This document shows, one piece after another, positions 44,009-53,689 of a DNA stretch of 55,612 nt. Below the pieces are notes generated by a model. That model saw nothing but the letters and a program-made list of their open reading frames with translations, searched no databases and was not told where the DNA came from. A program made the position numbers and the translations under genes. Origin of the DNA: a virus (Duplodnaviria > Caudoviricetes); IMG/VR virus record IMGVR_UViG_3300031576_000053, positions 1 through 55,612 of that record. One strand, given 5' to 3'. The stretch's first letter is position 1. Each line of letters begins with the position of its first letter.

Positions 44009-46063
44009 ATGGCCGCACCGGCTGGCGAACTGTTCATCAAGATGTCGGCGGACGTGGCGCAGTTGCGCACGGACTTCGCGCACGCGACGCGCATGGCGCA
44101 GGACTTCGGGAACGGCGTTTCGCGCATCATGCGGATGGCGGGGCTATCGCTCGGAAGCGTGCTCTCGGCCGGCGCCTTTGTCGCCTTGGTCAAGCGCGCG
44201 ATCGACGCCGCCGACGAGATCGGGAAGCTGAATCAGAAAATCGGCGTCTCCGTCGAGCGGCTCTCGGAGCTCAAGTTCGCGGGCGAGCTCTCCAACGTCT
44301 CGTTCGACACGTTCACGAAGGGGCTGCGGGGCTTCAACCTCTCGCTGGTCGAGGCGAACAACCAGTCCTCGAAGGCCGCCAAGGTCTTCACGGCGCTCGG
44401 CGTGGACGTGCGGGCAGGCCCCTACGAGGCGTTCCGGCAGTTCGCCGAGGCGTTCTCCAAGCTGCCCGAGGGAGAGTTGCGCACTGCGGTGGCGATGGAG
44501 ATCCTGAAGAAGGCCGGTGCCGACCTGATCCCGGTCCTAGCGGGCGGCGCGGCTGGCCTGGACGCAGCGGCCGAGAAGGCGCGCGCCCTCGGTTTGGTGA
44601 TGTCACGTGAAATGATCAGGGACGCCACGGCGTTCAACGACCAGATGACGATCCTCGGATCGCGTTCCAAGAGCCTCGGGATCGCGCTCGCTAACGACCT
44701 GCTGCCGTTCCTCAACAGCGTGACGGGGGCGCTGGCCGAGGGCGCGTTGAAGGGCCGGTTCTGGGCCTCCGCGATGGAGGAGGCGCTGAAGATAGGGGCG
44801 GCGGCCGTGAAGGGTCTTAGCGAGTTGCCGGGCATGCCGGCGCTCTCGCCGATCACGGAGAAGAGATTCGAGGGGTTCTTCAACCCGCCGCGTCAGACTG
44901 TCACCGGGAAGATCGGCGGGGTCCAGGCTTGGCAGAGGGCTGTCACGCCGACGCCAGCGCCGGACCCGGAGGCTGTGCGTAAGGCCCTGGCTGATAGCGA
45001 AGGCCTGATGAAGCGCCAGATCGCAGCCATCCAGCAGATGGAGGAGAGGCGCAGGAGCCTTTTCGGCCTCAGCGAGCAGGAGATAATGATCGAGCGTATC
45101 AAAACCGGCACATACAGGGAGTTCGATGTCGAGACGAAGGCGCGGCTGCTGAGCCTCGCGCGGGAACTGGATCTTCGAAAGCAGACTATCGACCGGATCG
45201 AGGCCGAGTATGCAGCGATCAAGACCCTGATCGACCGACAGCAACAGGCGGCGGCGCTCTCGGAAGAGGCCCATCGCGCCATGAAGCTGGAGAACGACGA
45301 GGCTCAGTTCCGCATCGGGCTCATCGGGCGGACGGCCGCGGCGCAGGAGCGGCTGACGGTCGTTCGGCAGAGCGACCTCGCGACGCGGGAGCGCATGAGA
45401 GCGCAGCTCGCCCTGTTGCCGGAGGACGCGATGGGCGGCGACATCCTGCGGATCGTCGAGGAGCAGACGCGCCTCGGGGAGGAGCAGAAGCGCATCGCCC
45501 TCGCGAGCGTCGATGCCAGGGTCGAGGCCGAGCGCGACTGGGTGAGGGCCGGGGCGCTCGCGATGGATAACTACGTCGAGCACGCCACCAACGCCGCCGA
45601 GCAGATGCGGACGCTGTTCGAGGGTGCCTTCCGTTCCATGGAGGACGCGCTGGTCGATTTTGTCATGACCGGGAAGCTCGACTTCAAGAGCCTGGCAGAC
45701 TCGATCATCCGGGACATCATCCGCATCCACATTCAGAGGAACGTCACGGCGCCGCTCGCGGCGCTGAGCGGCAACCTTTTCAAAAGCATCGGATCGTTTC
45801 TTTTCGGTCGCGCGGGCGGCGGTGCGGTGTCGCCCGGCGGGGCGTACTGGGTGGGCGAGCACGGCCCGGAGATGTTCGTCCCGGCCGGGGCTGGCTCCAT
45901 CGAGCCGAGCGGCCGCGGCGGCGATGTAACGGTGAACATGAGCGTGAACATGACTTCGCTCGATCCGCGCGGGGCCGCAGCGGTGATCGCGCAGAACGCG
46001 CCCGTGATATTGGGAATCGTGCGCCGCGAGGCGAGCAGCCGCCTGCGGGCCTCGCCGATCTGA
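44009..46063 (+). CDS. Tape measure protein (684 aa)
   Basis: Ala-rich helical protein; FVMTGKLDFKSLADSII..RAGGG.V..VGEHGPEMFVP. Confidence 0.92.
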   Translation: MAAPAGELFIKMSADVAQLRTDFAHATRMAQDFGNGVSRIMRMAGLSLGSVLSAGAFVALVKRAIDAADEIGKLNQKIGVSVERLSELKFAGELSNVSFDTFTKGLRGFNLSLVEANNQSSKAAKVFTALGVDVRAGPYEAFRQFAEAFSKLPEGELRTAVAMEILKKAGADLIPVLAGGAAGLDAAAEKARALGLVMSREMIRDATAFNDQMTILGSRSKSLGIALANDLLPFLNSVTGALAEGALKGRFWASAMEEALKIGAAAVKGLSELPGMPALSPITEKRFEGFFNPPRQTVTGKIGGVQAWQRAVTPTPAPDPEAVRKALADSEGLMKRQIAAIQQMEERRRSLFGLSEQEIMIERIKTGTYREFDVETKARLLSLARELDLRKQTIDRIEAEYAAIKTLIDRQQQAAALSEEAHRAMKLENDEAQFRIGLIGRTAAAQERLTVVRQSDLATRERMRAQLALLPEDAMGGDILRIVEEQTRLGEEQKRIALASVDARVEAERDWVRAGALAMDNYVEHATNAAEQMRTLFEGAFRSMEDALVDFVMTGKLDFKSLADSIIRDIIRIHIQRNVTAPLAALSGNLFKSIGSFLFGRAGGGAVSPGGAYWVGEHGPEMFVPAGAGSIEPSGRGGDVTVNMSVNMTSLDPRGAAAVIAQNAPVILGIVRREASSRLRASPI

Positions 46064-46064
46064 C

Positions 46065-46700
46065 ATGTCCGGGACGCTGCCCGCATCGCCAGCCCCGGCG
46101 AGGGTCGAGATCGGCTCAATCCAGCCATCGCTGGTCTCGATCGCGCACTCGCTCGCGAGGAAGTCAAGGACGCTCGGCGGGCAGCGGTTCACATTTCGGC
46201 TTTCCTATCCGCCGATGACGCACGCACAGTTCGCGCCGATCTGGGGCTTTCTGATCGGGCAGCGCGGGCAGTACGACACGTTCTCCTGGGCGCTGCCCTC
46301 GCGCGTATGGCCGTTCCGTGGCTACGCTTCTGGGACCCCGACGGTGAACAACCAGTCCGGGAGTCCAGAGGAACTACAGACTGGGAGCCGAAACGTCGCA
46401 ACCTCGGGCTGGCCGCCGGCGCAGACCAACGTGATGCGCGCCGGGGATTTGGTTGCGTTTGTCGGACATGGAAAAATTTATAGTATCCGGCAAGATATTG
46501 ACGCAGATTCGAATGGCAGCGCGACGCTTGCAATTGAGCCAGCACTTGTTGCAGGGCCAGCGCATGCTTCGTTAATTACGCGCGGGACTGTGACTGTAAC
46601 GGTTTCGTTGGCTGGTGATGTTCAGAAATTTGAAGCCCTCCCGCGCGCTGGGAGTTTGCAAAAGTATCGTTTCGATCTAGACCTGATTGAGGCTTATTAG
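46065..46700 (+). CDS. Distal tail (Dit-like) protein
   Basis: Follows the TMP; GQRF.F.L.YPP..FL..RG..F..AGD..F..K.Y..IEPAL. Confidence 0.75.
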   Translation: MSGTLPASPAPARVEIGSIQPSLVSIAHSLARKSRTLGGQRFTFRLSYPPMTHAQFAPIWGFLIGQRGQYDTFSWALPSRVWPFRGYASGTPTVNNQSGSPEELQTGSRNVATSGWPPAQTNVMRAGDLVAFVGHGKIYSIRQDIDADSNGSATLAIEPALVAGPAHASLITRGTVTVTVSLAGDVQKFEALPRAGSLQKYRFDLDLIEAY

Positions 46701-46703
46701 TTC

Positions 46704-47504
46704 ATGCCGACAAGGGGCGTATATGCAATTGAAAACGTAGCCAACGGGAAGCTATACATTGGCAGCTCGATCAATGTGGAACACCGTTGGCGCGTTCATA
46801 GAATGCAGCTCAAAGCCGGGACACACTGCAATCTATATTTACAGGCGGCTTGGATCGAACATGGAGAGAAGTCATTCACATTTCGTGTGCTTGTTGACAC
46901 TGCCGATGCTGATTTGAGTATTGTAGAACAGCGCGAAATTGACCAACGCGGCCTAGCGTTGCTGTACAACATCTTGCCATTAGCATATAGCGCCGGTGGA
47001 GTTCACAGGAGGCCAGAGACGATAGCGAAGCATCGTCTGTTGCGGCACACCGAAAAAACGAAGGTCCAGATGAGCGAAGCCCGTCGGCGGTTCCTTCAGA
47101 CCGATGCCGGCAAAGCTGCGGTTAAACGTTTTGTTGTCGCATCCTTGACTCCTGAAGTGCGGGGACGCATCAACGGAAAACTAAGAGCACAACGCCTAAC
47201 TCCAGAATATCGTTTGGCGAGGTCTCGAATGGCAAAGGAACGCGGGTTTCATGTTCCGTCAGGCACAAGTCAAAAAGGCCGCACACCAGGATTCAAACAC
47301 AGCGAGGCTACGCGAAAGAAAATGAGCGATAGCCAACTTCAATCATACGCCGCAGGGCGCTTTCGTGGTCCACACTCACCTGAACATAGGGCGAAGATTA
47401 AGGCTGCTTTGATCGGGAAAAGACGCTCGCCAGAGCAATGCGCAAATATCAGGGCTGGCATCATAGCTGGCCGTAGAAGTAGAGGTTTGAACGATGGCCG
47501 ATAG
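46704..47504 (+). CDS. Free-standing GIY-YIG homing endonuclease with NUMOD3-like repeats
   Basis: GVYAIEN..LYIGSS..RW..H..YN; HTEKTK..MS, HSEATRKKMS, HSPEHRAKI; AT-richer. Confidence 0.9.
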   Translation: MPTRGVYAIENVANGKLYIGSSINVEHRWRVHRMQLKAGTHCNLYLQAAWIEHGEKSFTFRVLVDTADADLSIVEQREIDQRGLALLYNILPLAYSAGGVHRRPETIAKHRLLRHTEKTKVQMSEARRRFLQTDAGKAAVKRFVVASLTPEVRGRINGKLRAQRLTPEYRLARSRMAKERGFHVPSGTSQKGRTPGFKHSEATRKKMSDSQLQSYAAGRFRGPHSPEHRAKIKAALIGKRRSPEQCANIRAGIIAGRRSRGLNDGR

Positions 47505-48087
47505 GGGCGCGACCGCGGCGGTCAGGGCGGAGTGGGGCGCGGCGCAGACGCGCGTGGTACATCTCATGGAGATGTATCTGGACTCGACCACGGTGCGCGC
47601 CTCGGACGCGCCGTTCCGGATCGAGTGGCAGGGGAATGCTTTCCTGCCGAACGGGCAGTTCCTGAACTTTTCCGGCGTCGAGGACAGTGCGGAGTTGCGC
47701 GATTCCCGCGTGACGGTGACGCTCTCTGGCGTGGACCAGGTTCATATATCCGACGCCCTCCAAGAGAAGTATTTGGAGCGGAGGTTCGTGATTTACCGGG
47801 CGTTCCTCGACGCGGCCAACGCGCTGATCCTGGACCCGGTGCCGCTCTTCGACGGCAAGATGGACAAGATGCGGATAGCGGAGGATCCAAGCCCCGGCGC
47901 GACGCCGGGTCCTGGGATCGGCAATTGCTCCGTGACCGTCGAGGCGACCGCGCACTGGAGCGACTTCGGCCGCCGACCCGGGCGGCACACAAACGACAAC
48001 GAGCAGAAACTCCATTTTCCTGGGGACAAATTCTTCGAGTTCGCGAGCGAGATCAACAAGCCGATCCTCTGGGGGCGGGCCCCTTGA
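47494..48087 (+). CDS. Tail tip/hub protein (DUF2163-like)
   Basis: VTLSGVD..YRAFLD..LFDGKMD..Q..FPGDKFFEF..WG. Confidence 0.75.
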   Translation: MADRGATAAVRAEWGAAQTRVVHLMEMYLDSTTVRASDAPFRIEWQGNAFLPNGQFLNFSGVEDSAELRDSRVTVTLSGVDQVHISDALQEKYLERRFVIYRAFLDAANALILDPVPLFDGKMDKMRIAEDPSPGATPGPGIGNCSVTVEATAHWSDFGRRPGRHTNDNEQKLHFPGDKFFEFASEINKPILWGRAP

Positions 48088-48488
48088 GGACCGAGGCCCT
48101 GATCCTCTGGGCTCGGCGGGCGCTAGGCCGGCCGTTCGCCTGGGGGCGCGTCGATTGCGCGATCCTCGCCTGCGAGGCCTACGACGTGCTCACCGGACGC
48201 AATCTAGCGGCGCAGTACCGGGGGCGCTACTCGACCGCTGGCGAAGCTAGGCGTTTCCAGCGCCGACGGATTGACCTGTCAGAGGGGTTGAAAGCCGCCG
48301 GGTGCTTCGCGGCAAAGCCACCGACGCGGCTCGGCGACATCCTCGTGGCGGAGAAGGACGGCTTCCTTTGCGGGCACGTCTGCCTCGGGGACTTCGCGCT
48401 CTCGGCCTGGCCGGATAGGGGCGTTGCCCTCGGGCGGACGGCGGAGGTGATGGCGTTGCCCGGTGCCGTGGCGATGAGGATCGCCTAG
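48084..48488 (+). CDS. NlpC/P60-like tail protein (DUF6950-like)
   Basis: PFAWGRVDCA..YRGRY..GDI. Confidence 0.75.
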   Translation: MRTEALILWARRALGRPFAWGRVDCAILACEAYDVLTGRNLAAQYRGRYSTAGEARRFQRRRIDLSEGLKAAGCFAAKPPTRLGDILVAEKDGFLCGHVCLGDFALSAWPDRGVALGRTAEVMALPGAVAMRIA

Positions 48489-51260
48489 ATGCCGGCGGCG
48501 GTCGGAGCGGTCGCGGGGTATTTCGCGACCGAAGTGGCGATCGGCGTGATTGGCGGGGCGTTTGGCGCGGCGGCGATCGGCAGCGCCACCTCTTGGGGGG
48601 TGATCGTCGGCAGCGGGATTGGCCTCGTAGTCGGATCTGGCGTCACGTCGGCACTTGCGCCTAGCCCAAAGCGGCCGGAAGCTCAACCGGAAGTTCAATC
48701 GCAGCAGTTCGAGTCGCTCGCGCGTGGTGCGCTGGTCAACACCGCCTCTAACGTCGAGCCACTGCCCGTGATCTACGGGACGCGGCGCAAGGGCGGCACG
48801 CGCGTTCTCACGGAGGTGACGGGGGATTCGAACCAGTTCTTGCACCTCGTCATGGCCCTCGGCGAGGGCGAGGTCAGCGCGATCCGCACGGTGTACCTGG
48901 ACGATGTGGCCTCGACGGACAGCCGCTTCTCCGGCCTGGTGACGATTGAAAAATACGTCGGCGCGGACGCGCAGGCGGCCTCCGCCGCGATGGTCGCGGA
49001 CCTCGGCGGCAAGTGGACGAGCGCGCATCAGGGCAAGGGGATCGCGTACCTGTATCTTAAGCTTGAATGGTCCGAGACCGCGTTCCCGACCGGGCTGCCG
49101 GTGATCACGGCGGACGTGGAAGGCCGGACGGTGCTCGACCCGCGCACTTCCGTGACGGCGTTCTCGAACAACCCGGCGCTCTGCATCCGCGACTACCTGA
49201 CGAATAGCCGCTACGGGCGCGGCATAGCGTCGGCCCTGATCGATGACGCGACATTCAACGCCGCGGCGGATCATTGCGACGACATTTACTACCCGCTCGC
49301 CGGGTCCCCGGACGGGGCGCAGAAGCGGTTCACCTGCGACGGGCTCGTGGACCCGGACGCGGGGTGGGTGGAGAACCTGAGGGCGCTGCTCTCCTCGTGC
49401 CGCGGGATGCTCGTGTTTTCGGGCGGGAAGTATAGACTCGTGCTCGAAAAGGCCGAGACCGCGCTGACGTCCGGGTTTACGGAGAACAACATCGTCGGGG
49501 CGTGGCAAATCGAGAACGCCGGGAAGCGCGAAAAGTTCAACCGCGTGCGGGCGCGGTTCTTCAATCCGGACCGCGAATGGCAGCCGGACATCGCGATCTG
49601 GGACGATACGTCGCATAGAACGGATGACAGCGAGCTGCTGCTGGAGCAGGAGATCAGCCTGCCGTTCACGGCCGATCTGGTCCGCGCGCGGAGCATCGCG
49701 CAGCTCGAGGAGAAGCGCTCGCGCTTCGGCATCGTGGCACAGTTCCGCGCCATGATGGAGGGGATGCAGTGCGAGGTCGGGGACGTGGTGCCGATCACGC
49801 ACTCCACTCCGGGTTGGACCGCAAAGCCATTCCGGGTCATGCGTGTAGGGCTCCTGAGCGCGCACGAGGTCGAGGTCGAGGTCCGGGAGTACCAGGCCGC
49901 GGCCTATGCCCTGGACTCTCAGGCGCAACCGGCGATCGTTCCGGCGACGAACCTGCCGAACCCGCACACCGTCACGGCCCCCGCGGGGCTGACGCTCGCC
50001 TCCGGGACGAGCGAGCTTTTCGTCGCCGGGGATGGGACGATTCACACCCGGCTCCGCGTGCATTGGGTCTTGCCAGCGGACACGTTCGTGCGCAACGGTG
50101 GGCGGGCCGAGATTCAGTTCCAGGAGTTCGCGGGAAGCCCCTCGGAGTGGTCGCCGAGCCATTTCGTGGATGGCTCGCTGAACTTCGCGCATGTGGCGCC
50201 TGTGGACGACGGGCGGCAGTACGAGGTCAGGGTTCGCTTCGAGAACTCGCTCGGCGTAAAGTCCGCCTTCACCGTTGCGGGGCCGCACACCATCGTCGGG
50301 AAGACCGCGCTGCCCGCGGACGTGACCGGGTTCTCCGCCGTGCAGCAGGGCGCGGTGGCGCTCTTCGGCTGCGACCGGGTGACGGATGCGGATCTGGATT
50401 CCGTCGAGATCCGCTATGGCGCCACCGCCGGGTCGTGGTCGGACGGGGTGCCGCTCGTGAACATCCTGCGTGGCGAGACCTCGACCTCGGCGGGTCTGCC
50501 GTCGGGGGCCTGGGACGTGCTCGCGAAGGCGAAGGACACCTCGGGCAACTACTCGGCGAACGCCGCGCGGATCTCCATCACGGTCACGTCGAGCGGGTTC
50601 ACGTCGATCAAGGCCGAGGCGCAGGCGCCGAACTGGCTCGGCGCGAGGAGTAATATGGTCCGGCACTGGACCGGAGTGCTGACCCCGGAAAGCCGCAGCC
50701 TCGCCTCCGATCTTGGTTTCGAAGTGTTTGACCAGTTCGTGCCGAATGCGGAACCGGACTGTTACTACGAGGCAGTAGAGATCGACAAGACGATCAACGC
50801 GTCGGCGCGCGTCTGGGCCACGGTGGGAAGCGTGCTAGGCCCAGGCGAGACCTCGGGCGTCGCGGACCCGAAGTTCCAAATTGACTATAAGCTCTCCACC
50901 GGGAGCTATGACGGGTTCGAGTCCTGGACGATCGGGAGCGCGAACTTCCGCTACCTCAAGGGCAGGATCTACGTCAATACGGCGCTCGGGAAACCAGTCG
51001 TAACGGGCTTCACGCTTAACGTGGATAACCTCTCGCGGGTCGAGGAGTTTCTGAACCGGGCGATCGGTGCCTCCGGAACGACGGTCACGTTCGCGACGGC
51101 GTTCCACGCCGTGCCCAACGTGCAGATCACGCCCATCGGGACGACGGCACTCATTCCCGGGCGCGAGAGCCTTTCGACCACGAGCCTGATCGCGCACCTC
51201 TACAACACGGCAGGGACCGGCGTCGCCGGGAACGCCGACATCACAGTGACCGGACCTTAA
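48489..51260 (+). CDS. Central tail tip / host-specificity protein (J-like, with FN3-like domains)
   Basis: PVIYG..GEGE..GIAYL..NNPALCIRDYLT..RYG..GDVV..YEVRVR. Confidence 0.88.
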   Translation: MPAAVGAVAGYFATEVAIGVIGGAFGAAAIGSATSWGVIVGSGIGLVVGSGVTSALAPSPKRPEAQPEVQSQQFESLARGALVNTASNVEPLPVIYGTRRKGGTRVLTEVTGDSNQFLHLVMALGEGEVSAIRTVYLDDVASTDSRFSGLVTIEKYVGADAQAASAAMVADLGGKWTSAHQGKGIAYLYLKLEWSETAFPTGLPVITADVEGRTVLDPRTSVTAFSNNPALCIRDYLTNSRYGRGIASALIDDATFNAAADHCDDIYYPLAGSPDGAQKRFTCDGLVDPDAGWVENLRALLSSCRGMLVFSGGKYRLVLEKAETALTSGFTENNIVGAWQIENAGKREKFNRVRARFFNPDREWQPDIAIWDDTSHRTDDSELLLEQEISLPFTADLVRARSIAQLEEKRSRFGIVAQFRAMMEGMQCEVGDVVPITHSTPGWTAKPFRVMRVGLLSAHEVEVEVREYQAAAYALDSQAQPAIVPATNLPNPHTVTAPAGLTLASGTSELFVAGDGTIHTRLRVHWVLPADTFVRNGGRAEIQFQEFAGSPSEWSPSHFVDGSLNFAHVAPVDDGRQYEVRVRFENSLGVKSAFTVAGPHTIVGKTALPADVTGFSAVQQGAVALFGCDRVTDADLDSVEIRYGATAGSWSDGVPLVNILRGETSTSAGLPSGAWDVLAKAKDTSGNYSANAARISITVTSSGFTSIKAEAQAPNWLGARSNMVRHWTGVLTPESRSLASDLGFEVFDQFVPNAEPDCYYEAVEIDKTINASARVWATVGSVLGPGETSGVADPKFQIDYKLSTGSYDGFESWTIGSANFRYLKGRIYVNTALGKPVVTGFTLNVDNLSRVEEFLNRAIGASGTTVTFATAFHAVPNVQITPIGTTALIPGRESLSTTSLIAHLYNTAGTGVAGNADITVTGP

Positions 51261-51264
51261 GCGA

Positions 51265-51915
51265 ATGACGAGCGGTATTTATCAGATAAAAAATAACTCG
51301 AACGGGAAGTTGTACGTTGGTTCCGCAGCCAATTTTTTTGCTCGGTGGAGAGATCATAAGCATCGCTTACGCCTGAAGCGCCATCATTCCGTAGTTCTTC
51401 AGCGGGCGTGGGATAAATACGGCAGCGAATGTTTCGCGTTTGAGCCTCTGATGATTTGCGCGAAAAAGAATCTGCTGTTTTACGAGCAACGATTCCTTGA
51501 TGCGCTGCGACCGCATGAGATCGGATATAACATCAGCCCGACCGCTAATAGTCCCTTTGGCATAAAGCGTAGCATGGAGGTGAAGGCTAGGATTTCCGCT
51601 GCACTCAAGGGCATCAAGCTCAGCGCAGAGACGCGCGCGCGGATGTCTGCCGCGCGAAAAGGCATACCGAAATCTGCGGAGTGGATACGCAAGATTGCCG
51701 ATTCGAACAGAGGACAGAAGCGATCAGCCGAATGTCGCCTGCGTAATTCTTTTGCGCATAAGGGACAAATTGTCACCGAGGAACACAGACGAAAGCTGAG
51801 CGAGGCCGGCAAACGACGAATATTCTCAGATGCGACTCGCGCGAAAATATCTAGAGCGGCGCAAGGACGGATCATGTCGGTCAAAGCGATAGAGAAAATA
51901 AGGGGAATTACATAG
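51265..51915 (+). CDS. Free-standing GIY-YIG homing endonuclease with NUMOD3-like repeats; last codons altered by the IS
   Basis: SGIYQIKN..LYVGSA..GYN; SAETRARMS, TEEHRRKLS, SDATRAKIS. Confidence 0.9.
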   Translation: MTSGIYQIKNNSNGKLYVGSAANFFARWRDHKHRLRLKRHHSVVLQRAWDKYGSECFAFEPLMICAKKNLLFYEQRFLDALRPHEIGYNISPTANSPFGIKRSMEVKARISAALKGIKLSAETRARMSAARKGIPKSAEWIRKIADSNRGQKRSAECRLRNSFAHKGQIVTEEHRRKLSEAGKRRIFSDATRAKISRAAQGRIMSVKAIEKIRGIT

Positions 51916-52039
51916 ATGACTTGCTCGCCTGAACCTTCTTCGCGCGGCGAGCGCGTTTGCGCGCGGGCTTGCTTTTCGGCTTCGCGCGGAACGCCAGTAC
52001 CACGTCCGCGATCCGATCAAATTCCTTCGGCGGCTTCAT
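51908..52039 (-). CDS. Small basic ORF within the IS
   Basis: MKPPKEFDRIADVVLAFRAK..; ATGA-coupled to the transposase; stops inside the TIR. Confidence 0.55.
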   Translation of the reverse strand: MKPPKEFDRIADVVLAFRAKPKSKPARKRARRAKKVQASKSSM

Positions 52040-52956
52040 GCGGTGAGTTCCTTGTACGTGATGCGACGGCCGGCGGTGGCGGCGATCATGCTGTCCAGCC
52101 GCGCGAGCGTATGGCGCTTGACGTTCCCCTCGTTCAGCCGGAACGCGAACTCGCTCGCGTAGCGGCTGATGTGCTTCGGGCTGGCGTGGTGGTAGACGCC
52201 GTGCAGGCCGCGCTTCATCACGGCCCACACGGACTCGATACCGTTCGTGGTGACGTTGCCGCGCGCGTACTCGCCCGCGCCGTGGTTCACGGATTCGCGC
52301 TTGAAGAACAGACCTCCGAGGCCGTTGTAGGCCGCGTGTTCGTCGGTGTGGATGGTGCTGCCTGCCTTGATGTGCGTATGGATCGCGCGGTGCAGGTTAG
52401 CGGTGTTCACGTCCCCGACATGCAGGGCGACGGCGCGACCGCCGCGCTCACGCATCCCGAGGACCGCCGACTTTCCCACAGCGCCGCGCCCCTCCCGGCG
52501 GCGCTTCGATTCGTGCTTGTTCGCTTCCTTCCCGCCGATGTAGGTCTCGTCCACTTCAACGATGCCGCGCAGGGTGTCGAGCTGCTTGCCGCACGCCTCG
52601 CGCAGGCGCTGCAGGACGAACCATGCCGACTTTTGCGTGATGCCTGTTTCCTTCGACAGTTGCAGGCTGCTGATGCCCTTGCGGGCCGTGACGAGCAGGT
52701 ACATCGCGTACAGCCACTTGTGCAGCGGGACGTGGCTGCGCTCGAAGATGGTTCCGGTCCTGACGCTGAACGCCTCGCGGCACTGGAAGCAGCGGTAGAG
52801 GCCGGGCGAGTGCACGCCGATCCGCTCGCCCAAGCCGCAGACCGGGCAGCGCGGCCCGTTCGGCCAGAGGCGTTTTTCGAGGTAGAGGCGCGCGGCCTCC
52901 TGATCCGGGAACATCTTGAAAAGTTCGGCAGTGCTGATCGTGATGCGGTCATTCAT
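52036..52956 (-). CDS. IS1595-family (ISXO2-like) DDE transposase
   Basis: Zn ribbon CPVC..CFQC; GTIFE; EVDETYIGG; TDE; VNH; TNGIES; EFAFRLN. Confidence 0.95.
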   Translation of the reverse strand: MNDRITISTAELFKMFPDQEAARLYLEKRLWPNGPRCPVCGLGERIGVHSPGLYRCFQCREAFSVRTGTIFERSHVPLHKWLYAMYLLVTARKGISSLQLSKETGITQKSAWFVLQRLREACGKQLDTLRGIVEVDETYIGGKEANKHESKRRREGRGAVGKSAVLGMRERGGRAVALHVGDVNTANLHRAIHTHIKAGSTIHTDEHAAYNGLGGLFFKRESVNHGAGEYARGNVTTNGIESVWAVMKRGLHGVYHHASPKHISRYASEFAFRLNEGNVKRHTLARLDSMIAATAGRRITYKELTA

Positions 52957-53203
52957 GGTTCTTCTCCGAAAAAATGTCGCCCGCTTCGCGCAGCAGCCGC
53001 GCGAGCGTTCGCTCAAGGTCTTTTGTCCCGGCGGCTTTCAGCGCGCGGAACACTTCCTGCGCGTTCGGCGACTGACCGGACCAGCCGCCTTCAGGGTGTG
53101 GCTGGAAGCGCACAACAAGACCACTGGGGCCGTGCCTCGCTTCCATCTTCGCGAGGTCCACGGCCCAGCGGCCACGCCAGCCGCGATTCGGATGCGAGGT
53201 CAT
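52949..53203 (-). CDS. IS passenger hypothetical protein
   Basis: MTSHPNRGWRGRW..; coupled overlaps on both sides. Confidence 0.6.
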   Translation of the reverse strand: MTSHPNRGWRGRWAVDLAKMEARHGPSGLVVRFQPHPEGGWSGQSPNAQEVFRALKAAGTKDLERTLARLLREAGDIFSEKNHE

Positions 53204-53517
53204 TCCTGCGCAGCGATGAACGCTTCCGCGTCGGCGCGGTTGTTGAACGCGAGGATGTTCGGCGAGTTCCAAAAGTCGTAGGCGAAGGAATCTTCCAGCG
53301 CTTCCACGGCCTCGGCTTCGGTGTCGTAGGCGCGAACCAGCTTCGGGAAGTTCCCGGCGTGGCCCCACGTCCAGAGTTCCGTGCCACGAACGTGAAGCCG
53401 GGGCGCGACGCCGTGCGGGGTGGTCGTCTCGTCGATGTAGCCGCTCAGATCGCGGATCGCGGACTCGACAACCCAGCCCGCCTCGATGGTGAAAACAACT
53501 TGGTCGATTTTGCTCAT
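53200..53517 (-). CDS. IS passenger hypothetical protein
   Basis: AAGGAG RBS; MSKIDQVVF.. Confidence 0.65.
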   Translation of the reverse strand: MSKIDQVVFTIEAGWVVESAIRDLSGYIDETTTPHGVAPRLHVRGTELWTWGHAGNFPKLVRAYDTEAEAVEALEDSFAYDFWNSPNILAFNNRADAEAFIAAQE

Positions 53518-53577
53518 TTTCTGCTCCTTCGTGCCCCTGTTCCCGAGGCGCGGCGGGATCGTCGATCCCATGAACGA

Positions 53578-53606
53578 ATCATCCTCTCTTTTTACGCGCA
53601 AGTCAA
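53578..53606 (-). promoter_or_regulatory. Promoter for the IS operon
   Basis: TTGACT-N17-GATGAT on the minus strand. Confidence 0.5.
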
Positions 53607-53689
53607 GTATATTGTGAGCTATGGAAAAACCCTTATAAATCAACATGCAAGTTAACGGTATAAATCCCAAAACAAGAAGGGATTAGATA

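Larger units (their letters stand above)
51903..53668 (-). mobile_element. IS1595-family element (1766 bp) with passenger genes
   Basis: Imperfect 22-bp TIRs (51903-51924 and 53647-53668, 16/22 match); 8-bp flanks AAAATAAG and AAAACAAG; internal transposase. Confidence 0.88.

Noticed and set aside
46700-47504. Group I introns or inteins hosting the homing endonucleases
   Set aside because: Flanking genes are intact and abut the HEGs within a few bases, leaving no room for a ribozyme core, and there is no in-frame fusion.
51916-53655. 579-aa plus-strand ORF, and similar long antisense ORFs (28934-30271, 36209-37519, 44603-46192, 48279-50666)
   Set aside because: These are shadow frames opposite well-supported genes in high-GC DNA and show no recognisable motifs.
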